Origin: Anolis carolinensis
Taxonomy: Eukaryota
Assembly: GCF_035594765.1 (NCBI RefSeq)
Contig: NC_085842.1
Span: 260,881,749-260,945,748 of the forward strand
Reading direction: 5' to 3'
Length of the DNA stretch: 64,000 nt
Part shown: positions 13,277-24,258 of the stretch, piece by piece
Position numbering within the stretch: position 1 is the first letter of the stretch
Layout: each line of letters opens with the position of its first letter
Position numbers and translations under genes: made by a program
The notes under the pieces: model-generated
Databases searched by the model: none
Seen by the model: the letters and a program-made list of their open reading frames with translations, nothing else
Told to the model about the DNA's origin: nothing

Positions 13277-15245
13277 CACTAGAGCTCTTTGGATGTGAAG
13301 CCTAATTATTCCTCTCTAAACTGCAAGCCCCAGGATTCCACTGGAAAGAAATGTGACAATTAAAGTGAACTCATATTTAAGAGGGCTCCTTTTTAGTGGA
13401 TTTATTTTGTTTTGTTTGTTAGAACAAGTTTAAGGCAGCATGTCCTTTTTTTTCCCCAAGGTGAAGCATACTCCTTGCAAGTGCTACTTCTTTTCTATTT
13501 AAAAAATAATAATGAAAAAGAAGGGCTCTGGAGAGCTCAGAAATGACTTAGTGAGCTGCATCCTGCCCACTGACTGCCTGATTTTTGCCTCTGTTATAGA
13601 AAAACTGTAATGTATAAACTAGAAGTAAATCCTCATTCTGACCACCTACAGCCCTTCAGATCATAAATTATGTCAATGGTCCAACAAATGCATTGTGAAG
13701 AACACCTTGAAGGGAACATGCTGTTATGTATTGCTAAGCAATAATTAAATGCCAGGGGAGTTGCAACAGAGCTCCATTGTGCCCTGATCCTAATCCTGCC
13801 ATGTTACTATGTTGATCAAAAATTTCATATAGGGCAGCATGATTCATTACAAAGTCTGAATTAGATGAATTTGATAACAGCAGCATGCCTTAGGCCTGAA
13901 AGAGGAAGGTGTGGAAAAGTAGGCTGTTACAAGCCTATCTGGCACACATCCCTCTACAATTATGATGTTGTGGAAATGATTTATAAAATTACCATGGAAG
14001 TTTACCCTGGGGCTGATCTCTGGATCTATTAAGTTAGTATGATTCACCCTCTCCCTTTTCTCCTTCTTTGCAAGCATTTTTGCTTTTGTGTGACCCAGGG
14101 TTTTTTGAGCCGACAGATAAAACCACTTAGCTGCTCCCTGCAGAGGATACTATATCTTATCACTAAAGAATGGAGGGAGTATTCTGAAGGATTGAACTGA
14201 GTAGAAAAAGAAAAGTGCGCGACTGTGAAGGACAGTTTTATTGCTGCCGGTATAGTTGTTCTATTCCTTCAGTATTGTGAAGCGTCCAAGATGTTATATA
14301 ATTCTTGCTTCTACTTCTTTCTTTTGTTTTCTTTCTTTTTATTTTACTATAAACTATACCTTGGTGTCCTGTTTTTTGTAGCTTACAACAAATAATGACA
14401 CATAGGAAGATAAGAAATAATAAAAAAAATATGCAAAAATTGAAATCATATTAAAACCTGAACAAGGCTTTTAAAAGTGATTAATCATTTTCAAAGTTCT
14501 CCTCCTAAACGCTTGTCATTATCATGGTTGTAAATGTTAAAGTAATAAACTAATTTCCCATGTATTTATTTGAATATTTTGATTTCTGCTTGTATCAGAA
14601 GACCTTGGGACAGTGAAACATTTTTCAAATGTAACTACAGTGGTTTTAAGAAATCTCAAATATCTGAATGCTATAAGCTATTGGTCTGTGATACAAAGCA
14701 CACCCTTCACCATTCATTTTATTGATGGCTCAACATAGACAATAGTGGTGCAGTGCAAGTCTCAAGATGAACCAGTGCTGGGTTTATGTGGTATTCCTCT
14801 TCCCTCAATCAGTGTTGCCACACACATTAAATCAAAAAGTACTCAACAAATTCAGTTATATCACAAAATCAGTGAAGTTATTCCTCAGTTCAGCTATAAG
14901 CATGTTACAATGTAGTTATACTCTAATTATTAGCAATAATTGAATGTAATAGCATTTACAATTAGCCATTTCTAAACACAGAACCAGGACAGCATCTGGT
15001 AATAAATAAATCAGTAACTCAGGTTTGTTTGATGAGTAGCTTCTCATAGGATTCATTTTGTGCAAGGCAGGCTTCCTTCAGGAGATTATTCCATAATGGT
15101 GGTGCTATGACAAGTAGTCTTCTATGCTTTCCAAAGGATGAGAAAGCATGCAGCAGAACGGCAGATGTTGGCCATGATGAATGAGTAGATATTTGATTGA
15201 GTTGCTGTGATTGTTATTGTTCACCACTGTTCAGCAAGTTTTATA

Positions 15246-16027
15246 AAAGTTGAGTATCCCATATCTTAGATATCAGAACCAGAACCAGAATTTCAGATTT
15301 TAATTTTTGTTTGGATTTTGGAATACTTGCATATACATAATGAGATATCTTGGAGATGGGACACAAGTCTGAACATGACATTCATGAATATTTCATGTAC
15401 ACATAGCCTTGAGATACATTGTTTATTCGTTCAGTCACTTCTGACTCTTCGTGACCTCATGGGCCAGCCCACACCAGAGCTTCCAGTTGGCCCTCACCAC
15501 CCCCAGCTCCTTCAAGGTCGAGTCAGCCACTTCAAGGATGACATCCATCCATCTTGCCCTTGGTCAGCCCCTCTTCCTTTTTCTATTTTCTCAAACATCA
15601 TTATCTTCTCCAAGGAATCCTGTCTTCTCATTATGTGGCCAAAGTACATCATGTTTGCCTTTAATATACTTCCCTCCAGTCTTGGATTCATCAAGCCCCG
15701 TGTCTCGTATAATGTGTTCTGTATACAGGTTGAATAGGTAGGATGAGTATATACAACCCTGCTGTACTCCTTTCCCTATCTTGAACCAGTTTGCTGTTCC
15801 ATGGTCTGTTCTTACCATTGCTACTTGGCCATTATGCAGATTCCTCACAAGACAGACAAGGTGATTTGGTATCCTCATACCAGCCTGAAGGAAGTTGTAC
15901 ACAATATTTTACCTAGTCTGTGGATGTCAGAAAGCAAAGGTATCACTATCTTATTCAACCACATGGGCAATTCTGTATTTTGTAGTATTTTGGATTTTGG
16001 CATTCTGGATAAAAGATGCTCATCCTG
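15246..16027. mobile_element. Tigger4/Zombi (MER46)-like pogo MITE interrupted by a BovB insertion
   Basis: TA-flanked TIRs (a)AAGTTGAGTATCCC / GATGCTCATCCTG; body ggattttggaatacttgcatatacataatgagatatcttggagatgggacacaagtct resembles the recalled Tigger4b consensus. Confidence 0.75.
15419..15880 (-). mobile_element. BovB/RTE LINE fragment, internally deleted
   Basis: RT motifs IPNHLVCLVRNL..VRTDHGTANWFKIGKGVQQGC..LFNLY joined to C-terminal YFGHIMRRQDSLEK; 3' end ..gaacgaataaacaa; approximate agcctga duplication. Confidence 0.9.
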
Positions 16028-17312
16028 TAATAATTTGTGAGTCAATCAACAATTAACATGGGCAACATTTTAAAAGTGGATCAAAATTAAAGTGGTGGGT
16101 GGGTAACAAAAGAGGAATAAGAAGTTACATATAAGAGCTGCTAATGCCTCCTTGGAAAATAAGTAATTTCTAATGGCAAGGGCCAATTCTGGGTTGAAAG
16201 TGTCTGAAATGACAGATGGGTGCACCTTCTTAGTTTGATGGGCTGGCATAAGCCCAGCTGCAGAATCCAATTCCTAATAGCACGCTAAAGTCTAGTGCTG
16301 AACCAGGACTAAGGCTGAATCTGCTTTGTCCAGTTAAGGCTGATTCCCTATTGTATTTCATACCTTCCCCTGCCTTTAACGAAGACAGCTTTTAGATAAA
16401 TACATTGATCAGAAAATATAATGCTCTTTGTGGTTAATTAAATAAAAACCAAGCATTTTGGGCATGATCCATGTTCTACATTCTAGAGCAATCATATAAC
16501 CATTACTAAAGAAAATAAAGGAAAAAGAAAAATGAAAAGTGTAGAGTTGCTTTGCTTAAAAAAGAGGACAAATTTTAAATTGTATTTATTGATGAAAAGA
16601 CCTATAGAAAATCTTTTATCACAATATCTTAGAGTGATGTGCATCTCAAAAGATGCTTGGCCACTTTGGCATGCTCTTAAAGAAAAAAAAATGGAATGGA
16701 TCAATCTGAGTTGGTCATGCAGCTGAAATTTCAACTTATTTCATGATTAAGTAATACTTTTAGATTCAACAGAAGCTATCATGAATTTGCTCTGAGGATC
16801 TTTTAAGAAAGCTCCATTTAAAACTGGTTGTTTGAGGTCTTTTCTTCTTCCCACTACTATTTTATTTGGCAAGTATTTCAAATTATACTCTTACTATTAT
16901 ATTAATTTTCTCTTCCTATATACCTTTTTTCAAAATGTGTGGGCTAGAGAGAGCAATTATGCAGTAAAACCCTTGGGAAAATCTTACAGAAGAGCACTAC
17001 ACTAACAAGATAATAGCTTCAGAACAAATCCTAAAGTTTCTGCTTTGGTCTTATTTTTTCCTGTGTCTCCTCCTGTGTTCTTCAATTTCCTCAGAGAAGG
17101 TGACAAAGACATCAACAAGGGTTGAGGGTGATTGTGTTTGTGTCCAGCTTATGGGTTTTGCTGAAACATCTGGCTAACTAATGTAGTTGAGCTCTTATAT
17201 TTTTATCACTGAGCTTGCAGGAAGACCTCCAGGGATTTGTGAAACTTCAATGCGTGGGAGTTAGTATGAGATCTTTAAGGACTTGGAAAGAAGTTGTTTT
17301 AAAAATGAGTTA

Positions 17313-17676
17313 CTGTCATCTCTCTACATTCATTGGGATGAAGGTCACAGAACCTCTGCAAAGGTAGAAAAAACATGATTGAAAATGCTGCTTTTTTAAA
17401 ACATGAGATAATGCCTCTCTAGGAATCTCTTAGGTCCTCCAGTGTGACTCTGGTCAACTTTTGCCAGTCAACATTTACAGATTCATGGACTGGATTAAAA
17501 TGTTTTTTCAAAGAACTTCTAGCTACTCCAGTGTGACTCTATGGCCACCTTCCAGCAGAAATGGATGGTAGAGTCGCACTGGAGGACCTAGAAATGCCCA
17601 AAGAGAGCATTTTAGTCAAATCCATGACAAATCAAATCTTCTAAAGTTGAAATCCACAAAAGTGGAGGGCTGACTA
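17313..17676. mobile_element. Old Tigger/pogo-like MITE
   Basis: TA-flanked degenerate TIRs ctgtcatctctctacatt / aagtggagggctgacta; internal repeat ctccagtgtgactct and its inverse agagtcgcactggag; relative at 34524. Confidence 0.7.
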
Positions 17677-18674
17677 TATGTATAATTAATCCCCGCCCCC
17701 CACACACACACCATCATTAGGATTGATGTCATCTCCATGGAAGGGTAAGTTAAATATAGAGCAAATTTCTTGTTCAGAGTCACTACATCACTACATGCTT
17801 GAGTGAAGGCGGAAGTGGTGCCATAGTGAAGAAAAACAGCACTGTTTGGAAAAAGAAAATGGGGGAACCATTCACTGGCCAGGGTGGTAGAAGAGAGGGG
17901 TGTGGAATAGTGTGCACTCTCCCTGTACCCTTGCTGGCCCCCAACTTAGTAGATGGAGTGGAGAAAAGGAAAGAAGGTGTCTCACGGAAAGTGAACTGAA
18001 GCAGTTATTAAGAGTTTACTGCCCTGCACAGTTGGTGATGTGGGGAAGAGGGAGGGAAGTGTGCATGATTTCGAGGATAAATGCAAATCTATATGTGGAA
18101 GAGCAACAAGAAGGAAGGCTTCCCCGGGTTTTCATGGGACAAGAGATGTTTTTGTAAAAATAATAAATTTCTGCAGAAACACTGCACAAAATTTATATAG
18201 ATAATTATTTTAGTGTCATCCTCTCTAACAGCTACATCCAGTACAGTTCACACATACCCTAGTGAAACCAATGTCCAATGGCAAAATCTATTTTAATTTG
18301 TTTTTTCCTGGTAGTGATTGTAACTGAATGATTGCAGCCCCTATTGAGGTATAACAATAACGTTTAAATTATGATTCCTCCCCTCACAGTAGTGTACTTT
18401 CACATTATGGTAGAGGAGGAATGTGACATAGTTCAAGTGTAGGCTTGCAGTGCTGCCTCATGTATATATGTAGGTGGTAAAAGCAATAATGAGCAGCACT
18501 GGAAAAAAGTGATGTATACTGCAGGCCAATTGCTGCTTACAGCACCTAGATTTTTAAATGTTAATCAGAAACAGTTTTATATGCTTTTCAGAAGTAGGAA
18601 GTAAAATGTTACTATTAAAAATGCAATGAAAACCCTACTCTTGAAGTCATTGCAGCTATACATGAATTTAATTA

Positions 18675-19006
18675 CAGTAGAGTCTCACTTATACAACATA
18701 AACGGGCTGGCATAACATTGGATAAGCGAATATGTTGGATAATAAGGAGGGATTAAGGAAAAGCCTATTAAACATCAAATTACATTATGATTTTACAAAT
18801 TAAGCAGCAAAACATGTTTTACAACAAATCTGACAGAAAAAACAGTTCAATACACAGCAATGTTATGTAGTAATTACTTTACTTACGAATTCAGCACCAA
18901 TGTATTGAAAAGATTGACTACAAAAACACTGACTACTAAAAGGCCAACTGCGTTGGATAACCCAGAACATTGGATAAGCGAATGTTGGGTAAGTGAGACT
19001 CTACTG
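18675..19006. mobile_element. Tc1/mariner-superfamily (pogo-like) MITE
   Basis: TIR CAGTAGAGTCTCACTTA / TAAGTGAGACTCTACTG, TA TSD; inverted copy at 62321-62643. Confidence 0.93.
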
Positions 19007-20948
19007 TACTTTCAAAAATAACGTTCTATGTACCAATGTATCCAAATAAGCTTATTTATGGAAGAACTGACTGCTATCTGAGAAACTGTCAAGGGTTCCT
19101 GACAGTACTTCTATCCCCATGCTTTTTGAAAATATATTCCATATTACAAAGTTTGCAAAGAAAATAAGAATTAAGCAAATCAATATTATTTTGCATTTGC
19201 TTATTTAAGCATTTTGAATAAAAAAACCCTATTACTCCTAAAATGTTTAAAATTGATTTTTAATCAGAGATAAGAAAGATATGTAAACATATCCTTTAAA
19301 CTTCATAGAAAGATCAAAAAGCATAAAAATCTACTGTAGAATGACTCTCATATAACAAAAACATACTTGTTAATTGTATAAAATTAACATGCATAATTGT
19401 ACGATGAATAGAAATTTGATCACTGCAAAAACCCATAATTAGTTGCATGAATATGTAATTGTATTCATGCAACTAACATCATCTGCAATTTGGCCATCAA
19501 AAGTCTTCTGTGCTATTAAAATTGTACTACAAAGTAACATTTTTCCAGCAATTTACCCATTGGCTAGATCATTTTATTTAATCTCCAAAATAAGTTGAAT
19601 ATTTCACATAGTGAATTGTTTTGTTCATAATGACTCTTAGTGATGTCTTCTGGTGTGTTGGGATTTGTCTCTATGTGTAGACTACTATAGAAATTGTCAA
19701 TATTTTCTTTATCACTATGTGTGTTCATGTTAGAATGGTAAGGAACATTCACAAATTTTCTGGTTTATAATGGCAAAAAATCTCAATGTATCAAAATAGC
19801 GTATTTTATTTTGCACAGATGCACAGAAAACATTTGTAGGATTTTAATTAAAATCATTATGAATATGCAACATTTCTCATAATTTGACCCAGCAAGGAGA
19901 AAACATCTGAATTTGTAAAGATGAAATAAGAACATCCCTAGTTCCCAGCAATAATTTCAAGTAAAAACATTGGGAATCTTATCTAAAACAAGCTACACAT
20001 TAATATACATTGTACTTATGAAGGCGTGGTAGTGAGATATGATTTCTGCGAAGTAAAAATAATATAACACGCTGCATAGGATTATTAGAAGAGCCTACAT
20101 GTTTTTGCATCCTATTTTCCAGGCAGCCCTGGTCTCCTCATTTAAGATCTCTGAACCATGTTACAATCAGTCACTATTATTTTAAGGAAAGCTGACAAGT
20201 GTAGCGCGGAAGATATCCAAAGGCTTCAGTCACAAGCATTTAATGTAGTAATGTCAATTTACAAGCATCCAAAGGTTTACCGGAACAGATGCCTCCATCT
20301 GTGTGGTATATAGTAGATAATGATAACTAGAGTTTGCTACAAAAGTGAGTGATCCCTCAGAAAATGAAAAACTAGAGCTATTTTTGCAGTAAAGTTACAC
20401 ACAAAAGGGTACAGGAAGAGAGAGAAACAAGAGATTTTTTTTGTAAAGCTCATAGCTAGTGAGAAAGGAGTTATACTATAGGGGAAAATATTTTACTTAT
20501 TATTATGGACAGATTTGCCTGCATTACAAGCTATTATAGTACTAACTATTGACTGTGCTGCTTTTATTAACAAAGGGCCCTTTAGTCTCAATGGGAACAG
20601 TAAAGCCTCTGTGTAACATTTAAAATACATTTGTGCATTATTGTTATTTTTTTTAGACTTTATGCTTCTTTCTCCAGCATGCTTGTCAAATAGGATTAAT
20701 CTCTGTGTGGAACAGCAGCAAAGTTGTTTATCATCCGTAGGCCTGACACAAATACCATTAAGGATAAACACTGTAGCAGCACAATAGAGGAATTCTTATG
20801 GAATTATTTATGTATCTGTGTTTGAACATTTATTTGAAGCTTTTCTAACATTTTTCTTTTGGCATTTTGAAATGACGATGTGAAGTGATGAAGAAGCATC
20901 TGCTTTTGTGTTTTTGCAGGGCATAATGTTAGGAGGCTTAATTACGAA

Positions 20949-21650
20949 GGCCGCTTCAAGACAGAACTTAAATGTGTGCCCAAGCAGGTTTAAGAAGCCT
21001 GTTTAGGCACACATTTAAGTCTCCATACCTCCCCCCAAAACCCGTGCTTTCCTGGAGGGATGTCTAGGTGTCCTCCTGGAACCTTACGGGATGGCACCTA
21101 GACACCCAACCCTTCCCCAAAAGGCCTTAAAATAGAAATGAACTTACCCAACCACTATTAAAGTCCTGCTGGAGTTCTCCTGCCATGTAGAAATGCTATA
21201 CCAGGAGGGGGGGGGGGGTGATGAGTGACTATCCTCCTGCCCCCCCCCCTTTCCTAGTGCGTCATTTCTATGCACCAGGAGGGCTCTGGCAGGACCTTAA
21301 TGGTGGCTGAGTAAGTTCTTTTCTACTTCAAAGCCTTTGTGAGGGGTTGGGGGGTGGTGCCCTCTGTGTTTTCCAGGCTCATGTAGCCCAAAAAGCATGA
21401 GAGGGCTATGTGGATTGGATCCGAAGATCACGTGACATGGTCCCTGGACCCAACCCACACTGGGTCCATATCTGTAAAGACCCAAATCTTATCAAAGATC
21501 TGGGTCTTGCCAGGTATCAAATTAATTTGGGACAAAGCAGGGTTTTGCTGTTTTGTCTCAAATTAATTTGATTTTACCGAAGGCGTCATTTGGACACCTC
21601 TGGTAAAAGTGCATGAACTCACGTGTTTTGGGCCCTGTCTGGATGGGCCC
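20949..21650. mobile_element. ~700 bp PIF/Harbinger-like non-autonomous element made of several hairpins
   Basis: Right end CTGTCTGGATGGGCCC+TAA matches the TIR class of 63627; left end GGCCGCTTCAAGACAG matches 12/16; four internal inverted repeats. Confidence 0.65.
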
Positions 21651-21737
21651 TAAGACAGACATTTATGAAATTATTATTGTTATTATTATTATTATTTAAT
21701 AGGGGTGTGCAATTTTTCATTAGCTGTTGTAAGTCAT

Positions 21738-22463
21738 TATGACACAGCAAACAAGATAGATATGCTGGATTTCATATCACAAAATCACAAGTCGAACACT
21801 TCCCAAGTGTCTAGGACTGTGTGATGTATTTTCGGATGATGCGTGCAGATCCCAGCAGGGTGGCCTTTTGCAGCTGGCAGATCGTAATTTTGTCAATGTC
21901 TATTGTTTCCAAATGCCGGCTGAGATCTTTTGGCACAGCACCCAATGTGCCCATCACCACCGGGACCACCTGCACTGGTTTCTGCCAGAGTCTTTGAAGT
22001 TCAATCTTGAGGTCCTGATAGCGGCTGAGTTTTTCCTGTTGTTTTTCGTCAATGCGACTGTCACCTGGGATGGCAACATCAATGATCCAAACCTTTTTCT
22101 TTTCCACAACTGTGATGTGTGTCGTGTTCCAGAACTTTGTCAGTCTGGATTCGGAAGTCCCACAGTATCTTTGCGTGCTCATTTTCCAATACTTTTGCAG
22201 GTTTATGATCCCACCAGTTCTTTGCTGCTGGGAGGTGGTACTTGAGGCATAAGTTCCAATGAATCATTTGAGCCACATAGTTGTGCCTCTGTTTGTAGTC
22301 TGTCTGTGCGATTTTCTTACAGCAGCTGAGGATATGATCAATGGTTTCGTCGGTTTCCTTGCACAGTCTGCATTTTGGGTCATCAGCTGATTTTTCGATC
22401 TTGGCCTTAATTGCATTTGTTCTGATGGCTTGCTCCTGGGCTGCCAGAACCAGGTCTTCTGGC
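21738..22463 (-). mobile_element. 5'-truncated R4-clade (Dong/Rex6-like) LINE, copy 2
   Basis: Minus strand AAQEQAIRTN..CRLCKETDETIDHILSCC (CCHC), RHN and REL domain ending ..IIRKYITQS; highly similar to 11998-12551. Confidence 0.93.

Positions 22464-22506
<43 letters not shown>
22464..22506. repeat. (TTA)n microsatellite at the R4 5' junction
   Basis: Direct reading. Confidence 0.97.
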
Positions 22507-22507
<1 letters not shown>

Positions 22508-23539
22508 TAGTAAGTAAATCTCTGTGCTGGGCTGGGAAGAAATCCCAAAATGGAAATTCTATTCTATTCAATGAGATAACTCTTGTGGCTTTAAAAAATG
22601 TTTTTGTCAAACTTTTTAAAAATTCCCAAACTCAGTTGATATATGGATATTTCTGAAAGCCGAAGAGAATGATCCCTTGTTATCTTGTGTCACTGTATAC
22701 AAAATTCAAGGCGATAGCTCTTGTAGTTTTGTTTTAAAAATGTTGTTTATAAAGACTTTGAAAATTTTCCAAAAATCCATGGATAAGTGAAATATTTTGA
22801 AACTTGATGGACTGACAGTGGTAAATGTGTTCTATCACTGTAGCACATTTTACCCCAATAGCCGTAAAAATGAGGGAGATAGGAACCCTGAAGTTTCCCC
22901 ACTGGTGCAATTACTATAATAAAAAGGTAACAAAATTTCATTACTCTCATTAGAGGAACAAAATTTTACTAACGATACTTTGGAAACATTTTAGAAACAA
23001 AATGCCAGTGCCCTATAATTTTGTAATGAGTTTTGAAACATTTTATTGATTGCACAGCCCTATTATTTAATACTGTATTTCTTATTAAAACTTGTGGATT
23101 TAAACATTCAAAATGACTGGATAGTGTCAATTAACCTTATATTCACAAGCTTACTCTTCTACCATCATGGGCAAAGGCAGTTTCTGGGACACACACATAC
23201 ACACACAGCATTGAAAAACTAAGCATTCCATCACAAAAACAATGAATGTTCTGGGTGCAATAAAACATAAAACAGACTTTGGTTGTAGTATAATATAACT
23301 CCTGAATGTATGAGAGAACAGCAAGAAAGTGGAAAAGAACTAATTATATTCAGACTTTCATGAAAGAAATATGGTTTCTTAACTATGTTAAGAAACATTA
23401 AAAACTGTTTTCTCAGAATAGAATGGATAAGATGACTGAGAAAGGCAAATCTCAATGGCTTTTGAATGAAAGATTTAACATTTAACATATTTTATTTACA
23501 AGATACCTTTAAAACATTTCATTTACTCATTTTATTTAT

Positions 23540-24229
23540 TTGGACCTTTCTGGTGTTGACCTGGGTGAAGATGAGACTTTTAATCGGAAGGAATTTGTTA
23601 CTAGAGATAGAAGCAAGAAAGAGGGAGTGAGAAGGCCTCGAAGATTAGCTCACAAGTTGGATGGCTAACTTTCCCATGGGAAGTTTTTGTGGGTCCTGTA
23701 CTCCTTATTTTCACAGGCTCAGGATTTCTTAAAAGTGCCCCTCACTGTATTCTTGTTGCGGTGTCAACTTTGCCTTTCCTCGGAAGAGGTTCCAGTTTCC
23801 AGTTCCTTGCCCGTGTCAAATTCCCAGTTCCAGGTGAGCCGTGCCAAGCCGCGACTCCCGAGTAGAACTTGCCTTGCTACCATGTCTTCTTTGTTCCTGA
23901 ACCGAGTTTGACTCTGTTTTGTTTACCTTCCTTCCTTGATCCTGCTATTGGACTTTTCAAGTGGATTTGCAACGATTTGTTCCTGCTATTGTTTCATGGA
24001 CAGACTTTGATTTCTGAAAAGGAAGCTATCGAGCTTCACTTGTGGATTACAATTTGGACATTGCTGAACTCTTCCTGGGTTGCTATTGACTATATATTAA
24101 GGACTATTTCTTACTCTGACTTTCCACCTTAAATGTGCATAGCTATATATATTCTGCTTCAATAAACGGCTTGTGTTATATTGGCTCCGGTCTGGTTTCT
24201 GAGTGCTCGCGCTGCCTTGAGGTGCAACA
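23540..24229 (+). mobile_element. LTR D, probably 5'-truncated; Ty3/Gypsy-like
   Basis: Ends ..gctgccttgaggtgcaaCA; AATAAA at 24161; U5 (ttggctccggtctggtt..gtgctc) resembles LTRs A-C; remnant ORF ..FNRKEF..RRPRRLAHKLDG*; no clean TSD or PBS. Confidence 0.75.
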
Positions 24230-24234
24230 CTAGG

Positions 24235-24258
24235 GGAGGAGGAGGAGGAGGAGGAGGA
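24235..24258. repeat. (GGA)8 microsatellite
   Basis: Direct reading. Confidence 0.95.

Larger units (their letters stand above)
21700..23062. mobile_element. Non-autonomous hAT element containing a nested R4 LINE
   Basis: TIRs TAGGGGTGTGCAAT / ATTGCACAGCCCTA; perfect 8-bp TSD TTATTTAA at 21692-21699 and 23063-23070. Confidence 0.85.

Noticed and set aside
23280-23520. Possible L1 ORF2 C-terminal remnant (ARKWK, MDKMT)
   Set aside because: Too decayed to support without a search.
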